DNA of 42,700 nucleotides from a virus. Taxonomy: Duplodnaviria; Caudoviricetes. Shown piece by piece: positions 40,854 through 42,700 of this stretch. The DNA lies in IMG/VR virus record IMGVR_UViG_3300042191_000151, positions 1 through 42,700 of that record; one strand, written 5' to 3'. Position 1 is the stretch's first letter. Each line of letters starts with the position of its first letter. Under the pieces are notes generated by a model. It had not been told where the DNA came from. It did no database searches and saw only the letters and a program-made list of their open reading frames with translations. Both the position numbers and the translations under genes were made by a program.

Positions 40854-42700
40854 CTACCAGAGGTCCTCGGCCGCGACCGGGCCGCCGGTCCGGACGTTCG
40901 TGCCGGTCTGGTACATGGCCCGAGCCCGGCGGCGGGCGGCGTCGACGTTGACCGTGATCGGGACCGTGACGGACAGATCGAGGCTCCGGAGGGCTGCGAC
41001 GATCGAGGCGTCACCCGTTCGGATCGCCGCGATCTGGTTGACCTTCGCGTCCCGGACCGCGGCGGTGGTCTCGCGCGCCTTGGTGACGAGCTCCAACCGG
41101 TTCGCCTCGAGGGCGTCCATCGAGGCCGCCTGGTCCGCGAGGATGGCCTCCTGCCGCTCCGAGAGCGCGACGCGCGTGGCCACGCTGGGGGCGGCGTTGC
41201 CGCCGAGCAGGCCATTGCCGCCGAAAAGCTCCGGCAGAATCGTCGGCGTGTTCTTCGGCCCGAAGGGCCACTCGACATCCTCGAGCGAGATCGTCGGCAG
41301 ACCGAGCGCGTCGTGGATGTCGGTACCCGTCTTGGTGATTGCCGGTTCGAGTTGCGACGCCAACTCGGCAAGCAGGCCGACCCCAATCACCTTGGAGAGC
41401 ATCCCCAGCGCGCCGCCACCCTTGCCGCCCGCCGCCACTGCCGCGCCGCCGGCCCCGCCCAGGCCCCCACCGATCGGCACGACGTACATCGGGTTGCCTG
41501 GCGCTCCGCGCATCACGAACTGGCCGAGGACGCCCTTGAGCGCCGCGCCGGCGAGGTCGCCCACCGCCCCCCCGGTCACCTTGTTCGCCGCGTAGCCGCC
41601 GATGAGCAGGCCCTGCAGCTCGGGCGGCATGGCGAGGAACGTCGAGACGATCGTCTTGACCGCGTCGGCGCCCATGCCGAGTGCCCGGGCGATCGCGTCC
41701 CAGTCCAGGCTCTTCGCATAGGTGACCGCGTCGCGGATCCCGGCGGCAAGGTCGCGCGCGAACTGGGCGATCTCGGGCTGGTGGCTCTTGAGCCAGTCCG
41801 TGCCCTCCGCGGCGAGCTCGCCGAACACCGGCAGGAGCTCGGCGCCGATCGTGATCGCCGCGTCCTGGACGTTGGCCTTCAGCTTCGCCATCTCGAAGTT
41901 GAGGCCCTTCTGGCGCTCGGACATCTGCTCGGCGGCGGTGCCCGCCGACGTGCCCATCGATGCGAGGTCGGCGTTGTACGCGTCGAAGTTCGGCCCGGTC
42001 GTCTGGAGCGCGAAGTTGACGCCCTCGACCCGCCCCAGGAGCTTGATCAGCGGCACGCCCGCCTTGTCTGCGTCCTCGCGCAGCAGCTGGAGCGCGTACA
42101 CGAGGCCCTTCTGGCCGGCGATCGCGAAGTAGTTCCGTCCGGTCTGCTTCTGGAGCTTGGCGAGCGGCGAGGTGACCTTCATCAGACCGACGATCGCCGA
42201 GCGCATCTGGGTCGCGGCCTCGGCGCCCGGCACGCCCGCGGCCGTGAGGCGCGCGTACGCCGCGGCGACCTCGGTGATCTCGACGTTCGATGACGCAGCG
42301 ATCGGACCGACGATCGCGAACGAGGCCGCGATCTCGTCGGCGGTGACCTTGCCGCGCTCGACCGCCTTTGCGAAGAAGTCGGCGTACTGGCCGGCCTTGG
42401 ACGCATCGCCGCCGTACGTGTTGATGGCGGTGGTCAGCAGGTCGACCGTCTCGGCGGTCGTGGCGAGGCCGCCGATCGCGAGGCGGTTCGCCGAGGTCAG
42501 GACGTTCTGCGCGTCGGCCGCCTTGATGCCCGCCGACAGCAGGTCGTAGTAGCCCTGCGTGAGCTCCTCGAGCGGCGTGCCCGTGTCGCGCGCGATCGAG
42601 CGGATCGAATCACCGATCGCGTTGAGGCCCTCGGGCGTCTCCCGGGCGATCGTGTTGATCGTGTTGAGCTGGGCCTCGAAGTCGCCGGCGACGTTGACCG
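40854..42700 (-). CDS. Tail tape measure protein, 3' part
   Basis: TP901-like repeats (YYDLLSAG, AVERGKVT, LTAAG..AATQMR); frame continuous with 1-323. Confidence 0.9.
   Translation of the reverse strand, partial: VNVAGDFEAQLNTINTIARETPEGLNAIGDSIRSIARDTGTPLEELTQGYYDLLSAGIKAADAQNVLTSANRLAIGGLATTAETVDLLTTAINTYGGDASKAGQYADFFAKAVERGKVTADEIAASFAIVGPIAASSNVEITEVAAAYARLTAAGVPGAEAATQMRSAIVGLMKVTSPLAKLQKQTGRNYFAIAGQKGLVYALQLLREDADKAGVPLIKLLGRVEGVNFALQTTGPNFDAYNADLASMGTSAGTAAEQMSERQKGLNFEMAKLKANVQDAAITIGAELLPVFGELAAEGTDWLKSHQPEIAQFARDLAAGIRDAVTYAKSLDWDAIARALGMGADAVKTIVSTFLAMPPELQGLLIGGYAANKVTGGAVGDLAGAALKGVLGQFVMRGAPGNPMYVVPIGGGLGGAGGAAVAAGGKGGGALGMLSKVIGVGLLAELASQLEPAITKTGTDIHDALGLPTISLEDVEWPFGPKNTPTILPELFGGNGLLGGNAAPSVATRVALSERQEAILADQAASMDALEANRLELVTKARETTAAVRDAKVNQIAAIRTGDASIVAALRSLDLSVTVPITVNVDAARRRARAMYQTGTNVRTGGPVAAEDLW
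42574..42700. repeat. Terminal direct repeat, copy 2
   Basis: Identical to 1-127. Confidence 0.97.

Noticed and set aside
1167-42293. Long plus-strand ORFs (e.g. 1167-2780, 6166-8157, 12355-14196, 29642-31486, 39870-42293)
   Set aside because: They are antisense shadows of recognisable minus-strand genes in GC-rich DNA, with no motifs.
42574-42700. 127-bp terminal repeat as a biological DTR or att site
   Set aside because: It falls mid-gene in the TMP, and its length equals a common assembler k-mer, so it is best explained as circular overlap.

Overview
The window is an apparently complete, circularly permuted genome of a high-GC temperate siphovirus-like phage. Positions 1-127 are identical to 42574-42700, giving a circle of about 42,573 bp, and the break falls inside the tape-measure gene. 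Nearly all genes lie on the minus strand. A divergent cI/cro switch at about 35.3-36.0 kb drives an early operon: HNH-containing protein, YqaJ/RecT, DNA methyltransferase, minimal PolX, ASCH, metallopeptidase, HNH, a replication initiator with internal iterons, an Hjc-like resolvase sitting inside a rusA remnant, a large serine recombinase and a LuxR-type HTH. Lysis, packaging, HK97-type head and non-contractile tail modules follow. A GT87-like membrane glycosyltransferase lies downstream of cI on the plus strand. Main oddities: (1) an identical 22-bp motif 21 bp upstream of -10-like hexamers at two late promoters, next to a LuxR-type gene; (2) an initiator-like tRNA(CAU) and a fibre-like gene inserted between protease and capsid genes; (3) a capsid protein with a putative N-terminal membrane helix; (4) an HNH ORF overprinted with dense predicted RNA structure, including a kissing loop and a pseudoknot; (5) a rusA gene apparently hollowed out and replaced. 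All calls come from motif recognition by eye; no searches or folding programs were run.
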